DNA of 64,000 nucleotides from Ruminiclostridium sp. (GCA_017941355.1 JAGAWN010000045.1:19711-83710), one strand, 5' to 3'; shown: positions 47,430 to 59,276, counted from the stretch's first letter. Numbers and translations are program-made. The notes: a model not told the origin generated them from the letters alone.

Positions 47430-48386
47430 ATGCTTGAAAAAATCGAAAAGCCTGAAATAGAGATCGTTAAGCTGAAGCCTGACGGAAAGTACGGAATGTT
47501 CGTTCTCGAGCCTCTTGAGGCAGGCTACGGCAACACTCTGGGCAACAGCCTCAGACGTGTTTTGCTCTCCTCCCTGCCCGGCGTTGCGGTAACCTCGGTG
47601 AAGATCGACGGCGTTCAGCATGAGTTCTCCACTATACCCGGCGTCAAAGAAGACGTTACCGAGATAATCCTCAACATCAAGGGTCTCATCGCGAAGATGT
47701 ACAGCGATACCCCCAAGACTGTCGTTATCGACGCGGAGGGCGAGTGTGTCGTTACCGCGGGTGATATCAAGACCGACAGTGAGATCGAGATCCTCGATCC
47801 CGGTATGCACATCGCTACTCTGAGCGCGGGTGCAAAGCTCTACATGGAGCTTACCTTTGACAGAGGAAGAGGCTACGCTTCCGCAGAAAAGAATAAATCC
47901 ATTATCCAGCCCGCTATCGGCGTTATAGCAGTGGACAGCATCTATACACCTGTACTCAAAGTGAACTACAGCGTTGAAAATACTCGTGTCGGACAGAGAA
48001 CAGACTACGACAAGCTTATCATCGAAGTCTGGACAGACGGTACCATTTCCGCAAAGGAAGCAGTTTCCTACGCGGCAAAGGTACTCTGCGATCACCTCGC
48101 ACTGTTTGTTGATCTTTCGGACGAGCTTACCCAGCCCGAACTTATGGTTGAAAAGGACGACAAGAGCAAGGAGAAGGTTCTTGAGACAACTATCGAAGAT
48201 CTGGATCTCTCCGTTCGTTCGTTCAACTGTCTGAAACGCGCGGGTATCAATACCGTAGATGACCTTATCAACAAGTCTCAGGAAGATATGATGAAGGTAA
48301 GGAATTTAGGCAAGAAATCTTTTGAAGAAGTAAGAGCAAAACTCCAGTCTCTCGGACTTGATCTTGCTTCTATGGACGACGATTAA
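47430..48386 (+). CDS. rpoA: DNA-directed RNA polymerase subunit alpha
   Basis: 318 aa. [26 protein letters not shown]-terminal domain [17 protein letters not shown]. Confidence 0.98.
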   Translation: MLEKIEKPEIEIVKLKPDGKYGMFVLEPLEAGYGNTLGNSLRRVLLSSLPGVAVTSVKIDGVQHEFSTIPGVKEDVTEIILNIKGLIAKMYSDTPKTVVIDAEGECVVTAGDIKTDSEIEILDPGMHIATLSAGAKLYMELTFDRGRGYASAEKNKSIIQPAIGVIAVDSIYTPVLKVNYSVENTRVGQRTDYDKLIIEVWTDGTISAKEAVSYAAKVLCDHLALFVDLSDELTQPELMVEKDDKSKEKVLETTIEDLDLSVRSFNCLKRAGINTVDDLINKSQEDMMKVRNLGKKSFEEVRAKLQSLGLDLASMDDD

Positions 48387-48423
48387 TTGACGGGATACGT
48401 TCCCATCGGAAAGGAGAACCTCA

Positions 48424-48762
48424 ATGGCAATGAGAAAATTAGGCAGAACTACCGATCACAGAAAAGCTATGCTCAGAGCTATGGTTACATTCTTACTCGA
48501 AAACGGAAAGATCGAAACTACCGTTACAAGAGCTAAGGAAGTCAGAAGTGAAGCTGAGAAGATGATCACTCTCGGAAAGAAAGGTGATCTGCACTCAAAG
48601 CGTCAGGTTTTTGCATACGTTACAAAGGAATCCGTTTCCAAGAAGCTGTTTGATGAAATAGCTCCCAAGTACAACGAAAGAAACGGTGGTTATACAAGAA
48701 TAGTCAAGGTTGGTCCGAGACGCGGTGACGCTGCTGAAATGGCAGTTATCGAGCTTGTATAA
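48424..48762 (+). CDS. rplQ: 50S ribosomal protein L17
   Basis: 112 aa. [17 protein letters not shown]. Confidence 0.98.
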   Translation: MAMRKLGRTTDHRKAMLRAMVTFLLENGKIETTVTRAKEVRSEAEKMITLGKKGDLHSKRQVFAYVTKESVSKKLFDEIAPKYNERNGGYTRIVKVGPRRGDAAEMAVIELV

Positions 48763-48775
48763 AATAAGCATTAGT

Positions 48776-48808
48776 AAACGGCAGCCGATCCGGCTGCCGT
48801 TTGTTTTA
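48776..48808 (+). terminator. Rho-independent terminator closing the ribosomal super-operon
   Basis: CGGCAGCCG atc CGGCTGCCG followed by TTTGTTTTAT. Confidence 0.8.
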
Positions 48809-48823
48809 TGGACAGGAGAAGAT

Positions 48824-49609
48824 ATGAAGCAGCAAATAATTTCGGGTGCGGCGGCATTGCTGACTGCTGCAAGCCTTTTCAGTACAAACGCATTTGCGGA
48901 GCAGAGGGTAATTAGGGGTGACGAAAGCGTAAAAACGCTCGTTGAGCTATACGAGAACGCAGTATCAGAGGATACGGAGGAGGCGTGGGAGCTCTTTGAT
49001 GATGAATACAGCATCAACGGCGGTCGCCGGACATGGTTCTTCAATGATGAACTTTCCGATATCAAAAGCGGTTCCGACAGGCTGATAAAGGTATTCATCA
49101 AACAGAACGGAGAGCCGACCGAAAATACCTCCGACTTTTTTGAGCAAGGGAAAAATTTCAGTTTCTGCTTCTATACGGGTGAGGGTAAGGAATACTACTT
49201 CGACTTTGATATCACCACAAGGACTGTATTCAGCATAAGAGATGTGATAAAGGGAAGCGGTGTGCCCGCTGAGCAAATAGCTGTTGCAATGCTGCTCGGC
49301 GACGCATATAACTCCCCGTATGAGATCATAGGTGTGTCGGTTTCTGACTGCGTGAAGGGCTGGAATACGCTTGATGACAGCAAGTATTATGTAAAGAAGA
49401 ATGGGACGCTTTCAACCGGGCTGTGCAAGGTGGACGGAGTTATGTATCGCTTTGGCGGAGATGCCGTTTGCAGAGGCAAGTATACAGGTTTCGCCAAAGT
49501 CAGCGAAGGCAGAAAGTTCTACAACAAGGGTAAACTGCTGAAAAGCTGCAGGTTCATATACTGCGGCAAGACATACAAAGCCGATAAGAACGGATACGTT
49601 AAGCAGTAA
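48824..49609 (+). CDS. Secreted protein with C-terminal cell-wall/choline-binding-type repeats
   Basis: Start reassigned to MKQQIISGAAALLTAASLFSTNAFA (signal peptide). The C-terminal GWNTLDDSKYYVKKNGTLSTGLCKVDGVMYRF resembles CW_binding_1 repeats. Confidence 0.6.
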   Translation: MKQQIISGAAALLTAASLFSTNAFAEQRVIRGDESVKTLVELYENAVSEDTEEAWELFDDEYSINGGRRTWFFNDELSDIKSGSDRLIKVFIKQNGEPTENTSDFFEQGKNFSFCFYTGEGKEYYFDFDITTRTVFSIRDVIKGSGVPAEQIAVAMLLGDAYNSPYEIIGVSVSDCVKGWNTLDDSKYYVKKNGTLSTGLCKVDGVMYRFGGDAVCRGKYTGFAKVSEGRKFYNKGKLLKSCRFIYCGKTYKADKNGYVKQ

Positions 49610-49667
49610 ACCACTCAGCAGAGAATTTCCCACGTCGATGGCGGGCAGAAAAGTACGATACGGAAAA

Positions 49668-49735
49668 AAGTCCTTTGAAAAGAGGGAGGGGCGCGGGGAG
49701 TTAAGTTCCGATATAGAAGTTCTCCCCTTTTTCTT
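49668..49735. repeat. Family 1 repeat, copy D (divergent hairpin)
   Basis: CCTTTGAAAAGAGGGAGGGGCGCGGGGAG matches the reverse complement of copy A (CCCTTTGAAAAGAGGGTTGGGGTCGCAGGGGAG). It is followed by GGGGAG...CTCCCC and TTTTTCTT. Confidence 0.6.
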
Positions 49736-49754
49736 ATAGCAGCGCGACTGTATA

Positions 49755-51395
<1,641 letters not shown>

Positions 51396-51498
51396 TTATT
51401 CATTTTATTCATTTTGCACCTTTATTATAGCATATCTGAGAGAAAATGTCAAGGCTTTAAAGTTTTAATTTAATAAACCACCGCACTTGCTATTAAAA

Positions 51499-51708
51499 TT
51501 AATCGTCTGTTTCGTCTAAATCCTGAATTATGAGCCTGCCGACAACATCGGCAAGGGTTTCCTCACATTCAAGATTGAAGTGCACCCGCACTCTATAAAT
51601 AGTGTTACCGATCTTGTACTCTGAAACGGTGTCGGGAATCGGCTGGATTTCCGGCTTTTTCGTGTTTTCCGCTATGGCGGAATCCTGTGTGAGTTCATTT
51701 CTGATCAT
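51499..51708 (-). CDS. Small TnpW-like transposon protein
   Basis: 69 aa. YKIGNTIYRVRVHFNLECEETLADVVGRLI resembles remembered TnpW proteins of Tn4451-type elements. It lies between the relaxase and recombinase genes. Confidence 0.45.
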   Translation of the reverse strand: MIRNELTQDSAIAENTKKPEIQPIPDTVSEYKIGNTIYRVRVHFNLECEETLADVVGRLIIQDLDETDD

Positions 51709-51802
51709 GTTACCTCTCTTTCTTTGTGACCGGCAAGCCCTGTATGTTTATGCGGCTTGTCCGGTCTTGATGTTTCCTCTGCTAAATTTCATTGTTTAAT
51801 TC

Positions 51803-53269
51803 TTATCTCCGCAGACCTTTCTTTTTCTGTGTTACGGTCTGCTGTTCTTCCTTGGTTTCCTGTCTATCCTCCTCCTTCTTCTCCTTTTCTGCCGCGATCA
51901 GACGGGATATGTAGTCACCTTCGCAGATGTCGTGGTAGGTATTAGCGATCTCACGGTACATCTCATACTGCTTCTTGCTGACTTCAAAAGTATGCTTCAA
52001 TTCCGTCAACCGCGAGTCCAGTTCAGATTTTTCTTTTTTCAGCCGGTCAAGGTCAGCGCGATTAGTGATACCATTGGCATTTACAGTCTGTCTGCACAAG
52101 TTCAGCATAACCTGTTCAGCAGACGAAAGCTCACCCTTGCCGGAAAGTGCAAAATACTTTTCCGACTGCTCTATAACACCCTCTAACCGGCTGATCTCGG
52201 CTGTGACCGGATTTATCTGCTTGATAGCGCCCTCATAGTCCTCCTTCAGATTTTCTATTTTGTGTTCCAGTTCTTCAATGGAGCTGATACCGTTCCTACT
52301 GATTACTGACAACTGTGCGGAAAGAATATATACGTCGTGGTCGTTATTCGGGAGATAAGGAAGGTCGGGGTTGTGCGGGCGCGGAATCTTTTTTCCTTCG
52401 GTTATCAGAATATGGAGCCGATCAATGGTGCTCACATAGACTGACTGTATAGGCGACTGGCTGTCGGGAGCTACGTTCATTTCAGCGTTGCCCAAGCTGT
52501 CCTTCCAAAGAATGCGGGAGCGCAGCCTGTCCTCGGTATAATCCTCACCCAGCGTTTTAAACCGCACGAACCTCTGCTGACCCTCTGCCTTTATTGCCGG
52601 AGCGTTCACGTGCTTAATGGTGTAACCCCTCTTTTCTAGTTCCTCATAGAGCTCGTTAATGTCAGCGACTACCCTTATAAGTGCGTCTATCTCGGCGCAT
52701 ATCTGCTGTTTCCACGATGTACCCTTCCGGCGGTGTTCCCATTCGTTGTACTTTAAGCCCTTGCCGCCCTTCTTCCGTTTAAGCGGCTGAATACCATAGA
52801 CTTCACACACCCTGTCGGAGTATTCACGGGCGTGCTCACGGCTGTTCCAGTTGTCATAATACTTGCGTCCGGTCACGGAATAACTATTGATGACTATATG
52901 ACTATGTACATGAGCTTTGTCGCAGTGGGTAGCAATTACTACCTGCACATCATCACCGAAAGTTTTCTTCACGAATGCCTTTGCTATGGTGTGCGCCTTT
53001 TCAGGGCTTATATATTCATCGGGCGAGAACGACTGGATATAGTGAATAGCCTTGACAGGATTCTTGACACCTTTCAGCGTACTTCCTTCGTAACTCTTTC
53101 CGGAATAGTTTTCATATATCATCTTCATATCGAGATAGGCTTCATCGGGGTCGCACAAACAATTGAGCGCAGATGTATAAAGCAGACCTTCTGTCTTGTC
53201 GGGATTTAAGACATACCTCAAGCACCGGTTGACAGATGTGTGGACAGCGATTGATTTAAGTATCGGCAT
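51803..53269 (-). CDS. Relaxase/mobilization nuclease (MobA/VirD2 family)
   Basis: 488 aa. Begins MPILKSIAVHTSVNRCLRYVLNPDKTE. Histidine triad HCDKAHVHSHIVINS. Confidence 0.88.
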   Translation of the reverse strand: MPILKSIAVHTSVNRCLRYVLNPDKTEGLLYTSALNCLCDPDEAYLDMKMIYENYSGKSYEGSTLKGVKNPVKAIHYIQSFSPDEYISPEKAHTIAKAFVKKTFGDDVQVVIATHCDKAHVHSHIVINSYSVTGRKYYDNWNSREHAREYSDRVCEVYGIQPLKRKKGGKGLKYNEWEHRRKGTSWKQQICAEIDALIRVVADINELYEELEKRGYTIKHVNAPAIKAEGQQRFVRFKTLGEDYTEDRLRSRILWKDSLGNAEMNVAPDSQSPIQSVYVSTIDRLHILITEGKKIPRPHNPDLPYLPNNDHDVYILSAQLSVISRNGISSIEELEHKIENLKEDYEGAIKQINPVTAEISRLEGVIEQSEKYFALSGKGELSSAEQVMLNLCRQTVNANGITNRADLDRLKKEKSELDSRLTELKHTFEVSKKQYEMYREIANTYHDICEGDYISRLIAAEKEKKEEDRQETKEEQQTVTQKKKGLRR

Positions 53270-53556
53270 AAACTGTCATAATCCTCCTTCATCTTTTCAT
53301 AGTCGGCTGCGTAAACACTGTTTATCTCGTTAGCCTTTTTTGCAAGCTGGTTGATATTAGAGCCTATAATGCGGAGACCGTTCAGAAGCCTTGACACCTC
53401 TGAAAAGTTCGTAACGGTGATCGAGCCGTTTACCGATATCCTCCGAATAAAGGTCGCGGGCTTCAAAGATACCGAAGCGGCTCGCTGAACAACAAGCTCC
53501 CATTCCTCCGGTGTAAAGGTAACCTCCTTACGGCGTCCTTTCGTAGATCTTTTCAT
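53218..53556 (-). CDS. MobC-family relaxosome accessory protein
   Basis: Start reassigned to MKRSTKGRRKEVTFTPEEW. LNGLRIIGSNINQLAKKAN motif. Overlaps the relaxase start by ~50 nt. Confidence 0.8.
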   Translation of the reverse strand: MKRSTKGRRKEVTFTPEEWELVVQRAASVSLKPATFIRRISVNGSITVTNFSEVSRLLNGLRIIGSNINQLAKKANEINSVYAADYEKMKEDYDSLCRYLNQSLSTHLSTGA

Positions 53557-53639
53557 AACACACCTCCATATAAATTGATACAATTTCAGACTATGCCTGA
53601 ATTGTCGGCGCGGCAGAAAGGGTTTGGGTTCCCTGTCTG

Positions 53640-53800
53640 ACATTTTTCGGGGATAGCCGAAAAATGAGCGCCTTCCGGAGAAAAATACGGTATTTTTCTC
53701 TGCTTGCTAAATATCGTTTTCTTCATACCCTTAATTTTCGGGCTTTTTCAGCGCGTATGCGCTTTTGTTCTATGGTGCGCGGCAACTGTACGCGCCAAAG
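53640..53800. other. Candidate oriT region (cluster of inverted repeats upstream of mobC)
   Basis: TTTTCGG/CCGAAAA (53644-53663), GAGAAAAATA cgg TATTTTTCTC (53678-53700), and the 14-nt palindrome AGCGCGTATGCGCT (53750-53763). Confidence 0.4.
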
Positions 53801-54454
53801 GTCGGACTTCTGCCGTAAAGTGATAAAAACGGTGTTTTCATGACGAGATCACTTTCCTTTCGGGAATAATACAGCGGGTGCGGGGCGGAGCAGTCGGCGG
53901 TGGCTTATATAAAATGTAACTAAGTCAGGCTTCGCAAGGGATAGAGCAAAGTAGAATGATATATCTGAGATTGGATTTTGGCGGCGAAAAGGAAAATATT
54001 TTCCCTTCCATAGTTATAGGGGAGTTCGAGGCGGTTTTTGGAACCCCCTGATCGCAACTTTGTGAATGTTGACCTAAAGCAAAGTTGATGAGCTTTCGCG
54101 ATTGTGCAGATTGCAAGCTGACAGATATAGCTCCGTAAATATGAATCCTGCTGTATGCGAGGTAAGCTGACTTTTAGTTTTGAAAGCTGTACAGACTTAT
54201 GCGAACATACAGAGAAATACATATTTCGTCCGGAAACGAATTAATCTGACCAAAGGACTATTGATGTTGTACTGCGATTTTGTATCAGTTTGGGGATAGA
54301 GCCAAATGCCCGCGTAATCCGTATATGCTGCTTTGCTCAATGGAAGTGCTGATTACTTGTGCAAGTTGCAATACGGTTTTATTGTTATCAGCGACATCAT
54401 TAAAGCACACGGCTCGTTTCAGTGCCGGTGATATGATAACAGGGTATAAAAAGA

Positions 54455-54490
54455 ATTCCCCCGACAGACTTTTACATCTGTCGGGGGAAT
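54455..54490 (-). terminator. Rho-independent terminator of the surface protein gene
   Basis: 14-bp stem ATTCCCCCGACAGA / TCTGTCGGGGGAAT with an 8-nt loop. On the minus strand it is followed by TCTTTTTAT. Confidence 0.8.
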
Positions 54491-54521
54491 CCTTAAAAAA
54501 GGAAATTAAATGAAACGAACT

Positions 54522-57500
54522 TTACTTATTTTTTCTCTTTTTCGCCGTGAACGCAGCCGCAGCAGCGGACGCGCTCATTGCAAGCACAGCAAGCCCCGCG
54601 AGCGGTGCAGCTGTGTGCGGATTAGTATCTTCGCCTGTTTCTACGACTACATCGACATTGTTCTCTACCGGTGTCTTGTCGGTGTCATCGTCTGTGTCTA
54701 TCTCGATCTCGGTTTCCGTGTCGCTTTCCACATCGCTGTCCACTATTGCTCTGTCCTTGAACAGGATAGCGTAAACGGAGAACTTGTCGGTAAGGAACGA
54801 GAGCTTTCCGGTTTCGAGGTCGTATGCTGCGGGTATGATCTCAACTTCGCCGTTGTGGATCCTTGCGACATAGTAGCTGCGCTCAACGGTGGGATCGTTG
54901 TTTTCAAGTCCTTCGGGGAGATCAATAGAAACCTCAATCTGACCATTAGTTTCATGTATCTGTACAGCAGAGTTGCCGCCGACCTTCTTGAACAGGTCAA
55001 TATCGAGATACATCGCTATTTCGAGTTCCTCACCTGCGTCAGTAATCGCTTCTTCAACAAGAGCTTCTTCCTCGGCTGTGGGCTTTACTTCCTCGACTTC
55101 GAGATAAACCTTGACATCTTCGCCGCTTGCCATAGCTGTGCGGTCACTGTCGGTAAGTATTGCGTCAGCAAGCTCGCTTCCGGGGGTGCTGATCTGTGCC
55201 TCTCCTGCGTTATCTTCCTCGTCCGTAATGTCCTCGAAAGTACCTGCTGCGGGAGTTACTGTTTCAGTCTCCGTAGGCGTTACGGGGGTGGGGGTTACGA
55301 TATTCGTGGGAACATATACCGGCACAGTGTAGTTGTATGTCCATTGTGCATTAACAGTCAGATCATACGCCGGCATTGTTGTCGGAATAGCGGGATTCCA
55401 GCCGGTAAAGGTGTAATCCTGTCTTGTCGGGTTAGCGGGAGCGGTTATCGCTGTTCCATAGTCCTGTGTGATAGGAGCTATCGTTGTGCCGCCGTTCGTG
55501 TTGAATGTGATAGTGTACTGATTTATCTTCCACTGTGCTGTGAATGTCAGATCTTCGGCGGGCATTGTTTCGGGGATATCCTTATCCCAGCCGAGGAATG
55601 TGTAGCCTTCCTGTCCGATAGTGGGGATATAGTCCGCTATTGTTTCACCATATTCAAGATAATACTCTGCGGAGCCGCCGCCTGCAAAGTCGAAGTACAG
55701 AGTGTACTTGTTCACAGTGTACACAGCTTTCAGCGTTATATTTGCTGTGAGCTTTGCAGAGAAATCATACTCCGCCTCGCCGTCGGCAGACCAGAACTTG
55801 AATGTATAGCCTGTCTTTTCGGGGTCTGTTGTAGGCTTGCTTACAGTCTGATTATAGGTGAGCTCCTGTGCCGCAGGCTCAGGCGTACCCCCGTCAGCGT
55901 CAAACTGAATTGTGATCTTGCTGCCGGTATTGATGATGACAGCAGCCGCTTCGGAAGCGTTGTGATTGTCGTCAGCCGTAAAACGCACATAGTATGTACC
56001 CGCTGCGTAGCCTGTGCCGGTTGTATCTGTAACAGCCGCAAAACCTGCGGTCGCACTCGTTTTGCTTATCTCCATAGCCGTGGTAAGTCCGGTGATAACT
56101 CCGTCAGCCTTGCCCTCAATAGTCTCGTTTGTGGAGGAGAGAACAGGCTTTTCCTGCGAAGCCTTTGTCAGTGTTACCGTGGCGGAGCCTGTCAAGGTTT
56201 CGTAATTGTCGGCTGTGACCTGATAATAAACTGTGAGAGGGCTGTCCTTAACATTTGCGATCGTAGGGCTTGCGGTCTTGTCGTATGTACCCTCGGTCGT
56301 GCCGTACTTTACCGTATAACCGTTTGTGGGGGCTGTTACCTTGACCGTGATACCATGAGCCTCGCCGTCGTATGCGGTGCTTACCTCAGCCGCAGACGCT
56401 GTTATATCAGCCTTGCCGATAGTGAAATTCGTTATCACGGAGCCTGTGTAGTTGCCCTTTCCGGTAACAGTTGCCTTTGCGGTCTCGCCCGCGTTGATAT
56501 TATCGCTGTATGTGATAGTATAATCAGTATTTTCTGTAAGCGTCTTTGTGCCGTCCTTTACTGTAACAGCCGGAGTTTTTGCTGTGCCGTCATAAGTGAG
56601 GGCAGGAGCTGTCGCAACGATCACATTGTCTGCTGTGAGCGGTTTCGGTGCAATTGTGAAATCAACGGAAGCCGTAGCCGCGCCTGTACCTGTACCCACG
56701 GTCACCTTTGCGGTATATGTTCCCGCGTCGGTGGGAGCGGAGCTGAGCTTTGTTGTTCCCTGATAATACTCTATCGTGTATGTGCCGGGGAATGCTGTGG
56801 TGTTGTAGCCTGTGGAGAGGGTCGCCGCCTTTGCTGTGCCGTCATAGGTCAGACTTGTGGGGGCGCTGATCGTAAGGGTTTTGCCTGTCGTTATATCGCA
56901 GTCTCCGTCACCTGTGCAGGTCGCGGTAATAGTGTTCGCGCTGTCACCCGTTCCGACTGCGTACGTGAAACTGTGGGTGTGGTCTGACTCCTCAAACTCC
57001 GCCATGATCGTTACAGTCTTTTTCGGCATTGTGAAAGAATACTTTGAGCCTGCCGTGACAGTGGTCAGTGCAATCTCGACGGGAGCTAAGGTGCCGTTGG
57101 ACTCTCCACTGCCGTCAAATAAAGATGTATAGGGAGAAACATTTTGGATTACCCTGATAGAAGTGATCTTTCCGTCAGTGAGATAGAAAGTCCACTGAAT
57201 ATCACCGCAATCAAAATAAGCATAAGATGCAGCTGCGTAAAAACCTGATATATCTGATGTTGTTTCAGTAACGAGCGTATTTCCGTTATATACAACAAAT
57301 TGTCCATTCTCCACCTTGCAGGTATATCCTGTAGTCTCATATTCACCTGCAAATTCCGCAGTTCCCATAAGAGTAACAAGGTCATCAAAAGTCTCAACAC
57401 CATTCTTCGCAACGGTGGCTTTTATTGACTTGAACTCATATCCCGAAGCAGGTGTGACAGTAAGTGTAACGGAAACGCCTACCTCTGCCTTAGTCGCGGC

Positions 57501-58169
57501 TGTGGTACTGCTACCGACAGTCGCGGTAACAGTGCCGTTTTCGGATTTGTCGATTATATTGAATATCGGGAGTTTCCAAGTGAGTGTTTTGCCATTCAGT
57601 ATGTCACCCTTATATGTACCCGATATTTCTATTTCATTATCTCCTTCATAAAGAGAATAATTACCATCTCCGGAATAAGCAAGCGTAGCACTATAATAGA
57701 TAGCTATATCCGCCACTACCAGTGTGCTTTCGGCTGAGGGTCGAACAAATGTAACTGTCCTACCGGGATCAGAAGAATAAAATGCATAGTTTCCAATTTT
57801 GGTAACACTTGCCGGGATAGAGATGTTTTTAACACTGTCGCAGTTTTGAAACGCATAGTTGCCTATTCCGGTAACACCCTCCTCAAGAACGATATTTTGG
57901 ATATCACCTTTTATATCGTTCCACGGTGATACAGATGCGGTGGTGTCGTAAGAATCCATGGCATAATCCGCCATATTTCCTGTCGCGCTGCTCGCGTCAG
58001 TTTTCTTGACTGTCATGGTCTTTGTGTCATTGTCATAGGTCACGGTGCAGTCGCCGCTTGTCCAAGATGATGTATCTGCGCTCGCTGTCACACTCATTCC
58101 CACCATGCACAAAACTATCATGCAGAATGACAGGAACACGCTTAGAATTTTGTGTTTCGTTCTTTTCAT
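54522..58169 (-). CDS. Large multidomain cell-surface (adhesin-like) protein
   Basis: Start reassigned to MKRTKHKILSVFLSFCMIVLCMVGMSVTASA (signal peptide), 1215 aa. It contains BspA-type LRRs (IGNYAFQNC...IGNYAFYSS), MBG-type repeats (LTYDGTAKTPAVTVKDG...TDYTITYSDNINAG) and three Listeria-Bacteroides (Flg_new) repeats (GYTFKFW, GYTFLGW, DYTFTGW). An acidic stalk and a C-terminal TM with a KKRKNK tail follow. Confidence 0.85.
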   Translation of the reverse strand: MKRTKHKILSVFLSFCMIVLCMVGMSVTASADTSSWTSGDCTVTYDNDTKTMTVKKTDASSATGNMADYAMDSYDTTASVSPWNDIKGDIQNIVLEEGVTGIGNYAFQNCDSVKNISIPASVTKIGNYAFYSSDPGRTVTFVRPSAESTLVVADIAIYYSATLAYSGDGNYSLYEGDNEIEISGTYKGDILNGKTLTWKLPIFNIIDKSENGTVTATVGSSTTAATKAEVGVSVTLTVTPASGYEFKSIKATVAKNGVETFDDLVTLMGTAEFAGEYETTGYTCKVENGQFVVYNGNTLVTETTSDISGFYAAASYAYFDCGDIQWTFYLTDGKITSIRVIQNVSPYTSLFDGSGESNGTLAPVEIALTTVTAGSKYSFTMPKKTVTIMAEFEESDHTHSFTYAVGTGDSANTITATCTGDGDCDITTGKTLTISAPTSLTYDGTAKAATLSTGYNTTAFPGTYTIEYYQGTTKLSSAPTDAGTYTAKVTVGTGTGAATASVDFTIAPKPLTADNVIVATAPALTYDGTAKTPAVTVKDGTKTLTENTDYTITYSDNINAGETAKATVTGKGNYTGSVITNFTIGKADITASAAEVSTAYDGEAHGITVKVTAPTNGYTVKYGTTEGTYDKTASPTIANVKDSPLTVYYQVTADNYETLTGSATVTLTKASQEKPVLSSTNETIEGKADGVITGLTTAMEISKTSATAGFAAVTDTTGTGYAAGTYYVRFTADDNHNASEAAAVIINTGSKITIQFDADGGTPEPAAQELTYNQTVSKPTTDPEKTGYTFKFWSADGEAEYDFSAKLTANITLKAVYTVNKYTLYFDFAGGGSAEYYLEYGETIADYIPTIGQEGYTFLGWDKDIPETMPAEDLTFTAQWKINQYTITFNTNGGTTIAPITQDYGTAITAPANPTRQDYTFTGWNPAIPTTMPAYDLTVNAQWTYNYTVPVYVPTNIVTPTPVTPTETETVTPAAGTFEDITDEEDNAGEAQISTPGSELADAILTDSDRTAMASGEDVKVYLEVEEVKPTAEEEALVEEAITDAGEELEIAMYLDIDLFKKVGGNSAVQIHETNGQIEVSIDLPEGLENNDPTVERSYYVARIHNGEVEIIPAAYDLETGKLSFLTDKFSVYAILFKDRAIVDSDVESDTETEIEIDTDDDTDKTPVENNVDVVVETGEDTNPHTAAPLAGLAVLAMSASAAAAAFTAKKRKNK

Positions 58170-58366
58170 TTTGAGTTTTCCTTTCACATTTTTTCGCCCT
58201 ATGCAAAATAAATCTATCAGATCGACACTTGCATAAGCACTGTAATATATTATACCGCTTAAATTAGTTTTTGTCAAGTTAAAATACTTTTTATAATAGT
58301 GCATAGTCGCTGTTATATGTACTAAAATAGTGTAAAAGGCTTTTAACGACTAATAGAGGTAGTAAT

Positions 58367-58678
58367 ATGACCGTTGATTTTATACGGACCCGTATCACAG
58401 AACTTAGGCTGCAAAAAAATGTTTCGGAATATAAAATGAGCTATGACTTGGGGCATAGCAAGGGTTATGTTCAAAGTATCACTTCCGGTAGAGCAATGCC
58501 GTCAATGAGTGAATTCCTTTATATTTGCGAGTATTTTGAAATAACTCCTGAGCAGTTCTTCTCCGAGAATGTTCCAAAGCCGATCAAGCTTGAACGAACA
58601 ATGCGGTTATTGAAGGAGCTTAATGATGCCGATCTTGATAGGATCCTCGATCTTGCGGAACGCTTTTCCGAGAAATAG
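58367..58678 (+). CDS. XRE-family HTH transcriptional regulator
   Basis: 103 aa. ITELRLQKNVSEYKMSYDLGHSKGYVQSITSG. Divergent from the surface protein gene. Confidence 0.75.
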   Translation: MTVDFIRTRITELRLQKNVSEYKMSYDLGHSKGYVQSITSGRAMPSMSEFLYICEYFEITPEQFFSENVPKPIKLERTMRLLKELNDADLDRILDLAERFSEK

Positions 58679-58731
58679 GAAGATTATACTACAAATGAAA
58701 ATCCGCTGCCTTTACAGACAGCGGATAGTTT

Positions 58732-58998
58732 TTATTCGGTTTCGGTTATGGCAAGCATTATTGCGGCTCCGAGGCAGAAACCTCTCTCGAAGTCCTGTTC
58801 GCTCTCACAAGCTGATGTAATGTTAATTGCGTCTGTGAACCGTTCAAGAAGCTCCGAACAGTTGGGATACTTGCTAATGAGTGTGTTTTTGAGCTGCTCG
58901 ACCTCGTTCTTAGCTTTAACGAACCTTTCCGAAGTAGGTGACGGTAGTGAGCACGGGCTTATCTCTCCATAGTAGAGCTTTTCAAGTATGGATTTCAT
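58732..58998 (-). CDS. Small hypothetical protein (LYYGEISP N-terminal motif, seen from memory in MGE-associated Clostridia proteins)
   Basis: 88 aa with a GGAGGAAAA RBS. No confident family assignment. Confidence 0.5.
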   Translation of the reverse strand: MKSILEKLYYGEISPCSLPSPTSERFVKAKNEVEQLKNTLISKYPNCSELLERFTDAINITSACESEQDFERGFCLGAAIMLAITETE

Positions 58999-59064
58999 TG
59001 TAGTTTTCCTCCGGTATTATAATAGTGCAAACTGAATACCGCCGTAACTTGTTTGTTTATACGG

Positions 59065-59155
59065 TTTTGGAAAACTTCTTTATCGGAGACGAATGGGAGG
59101 GGGAGAAGCTTTCCTTCAGGAAAGTTTCTCCCCCTCCCCGCCTGTGCAAAACGCT
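59065..59155. repeat. Family 1 repeat, copy B
   Basis: Stem GGAGAAGCTTTCC / GGAAAGTTTCTCC (59102-59131, 1 mismatch) followed by CCCTCCCCGCCTGTGCAAAACG. Collinear with copy C2. Confidence 0.8.
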
Positions 59156-59276
59156 GAAATTTGTTGTGAATGTCAACAAAACAGTTAAATTTATCACCGT
59201 TTTTGTGTGAAATGTGTTATAATGATTGGTGCTAACAATACCTGCAGCGGGTATGACTGAAACGGAGGATAGTGCA

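Noticed and set aside
54560-54640. LPXTG sortase signal in the surface protein
   Set aside because: No LPXTG, SPXTG or NPQTN motif precedes the C-terminal hydrophobic segment. Only TNPHTAA is present, so sortase anchoring is not claimed and the point is only flagged in the findings.
54510-56987. 825-aa Cys-rich plus-strand ORF
   Set aside because: It is antisense to the surface protein gene, whose minus-strand frame has a signal peptide and recognisable repeat domains. The plus-strand product is Cys/Arg-rich nonsense.
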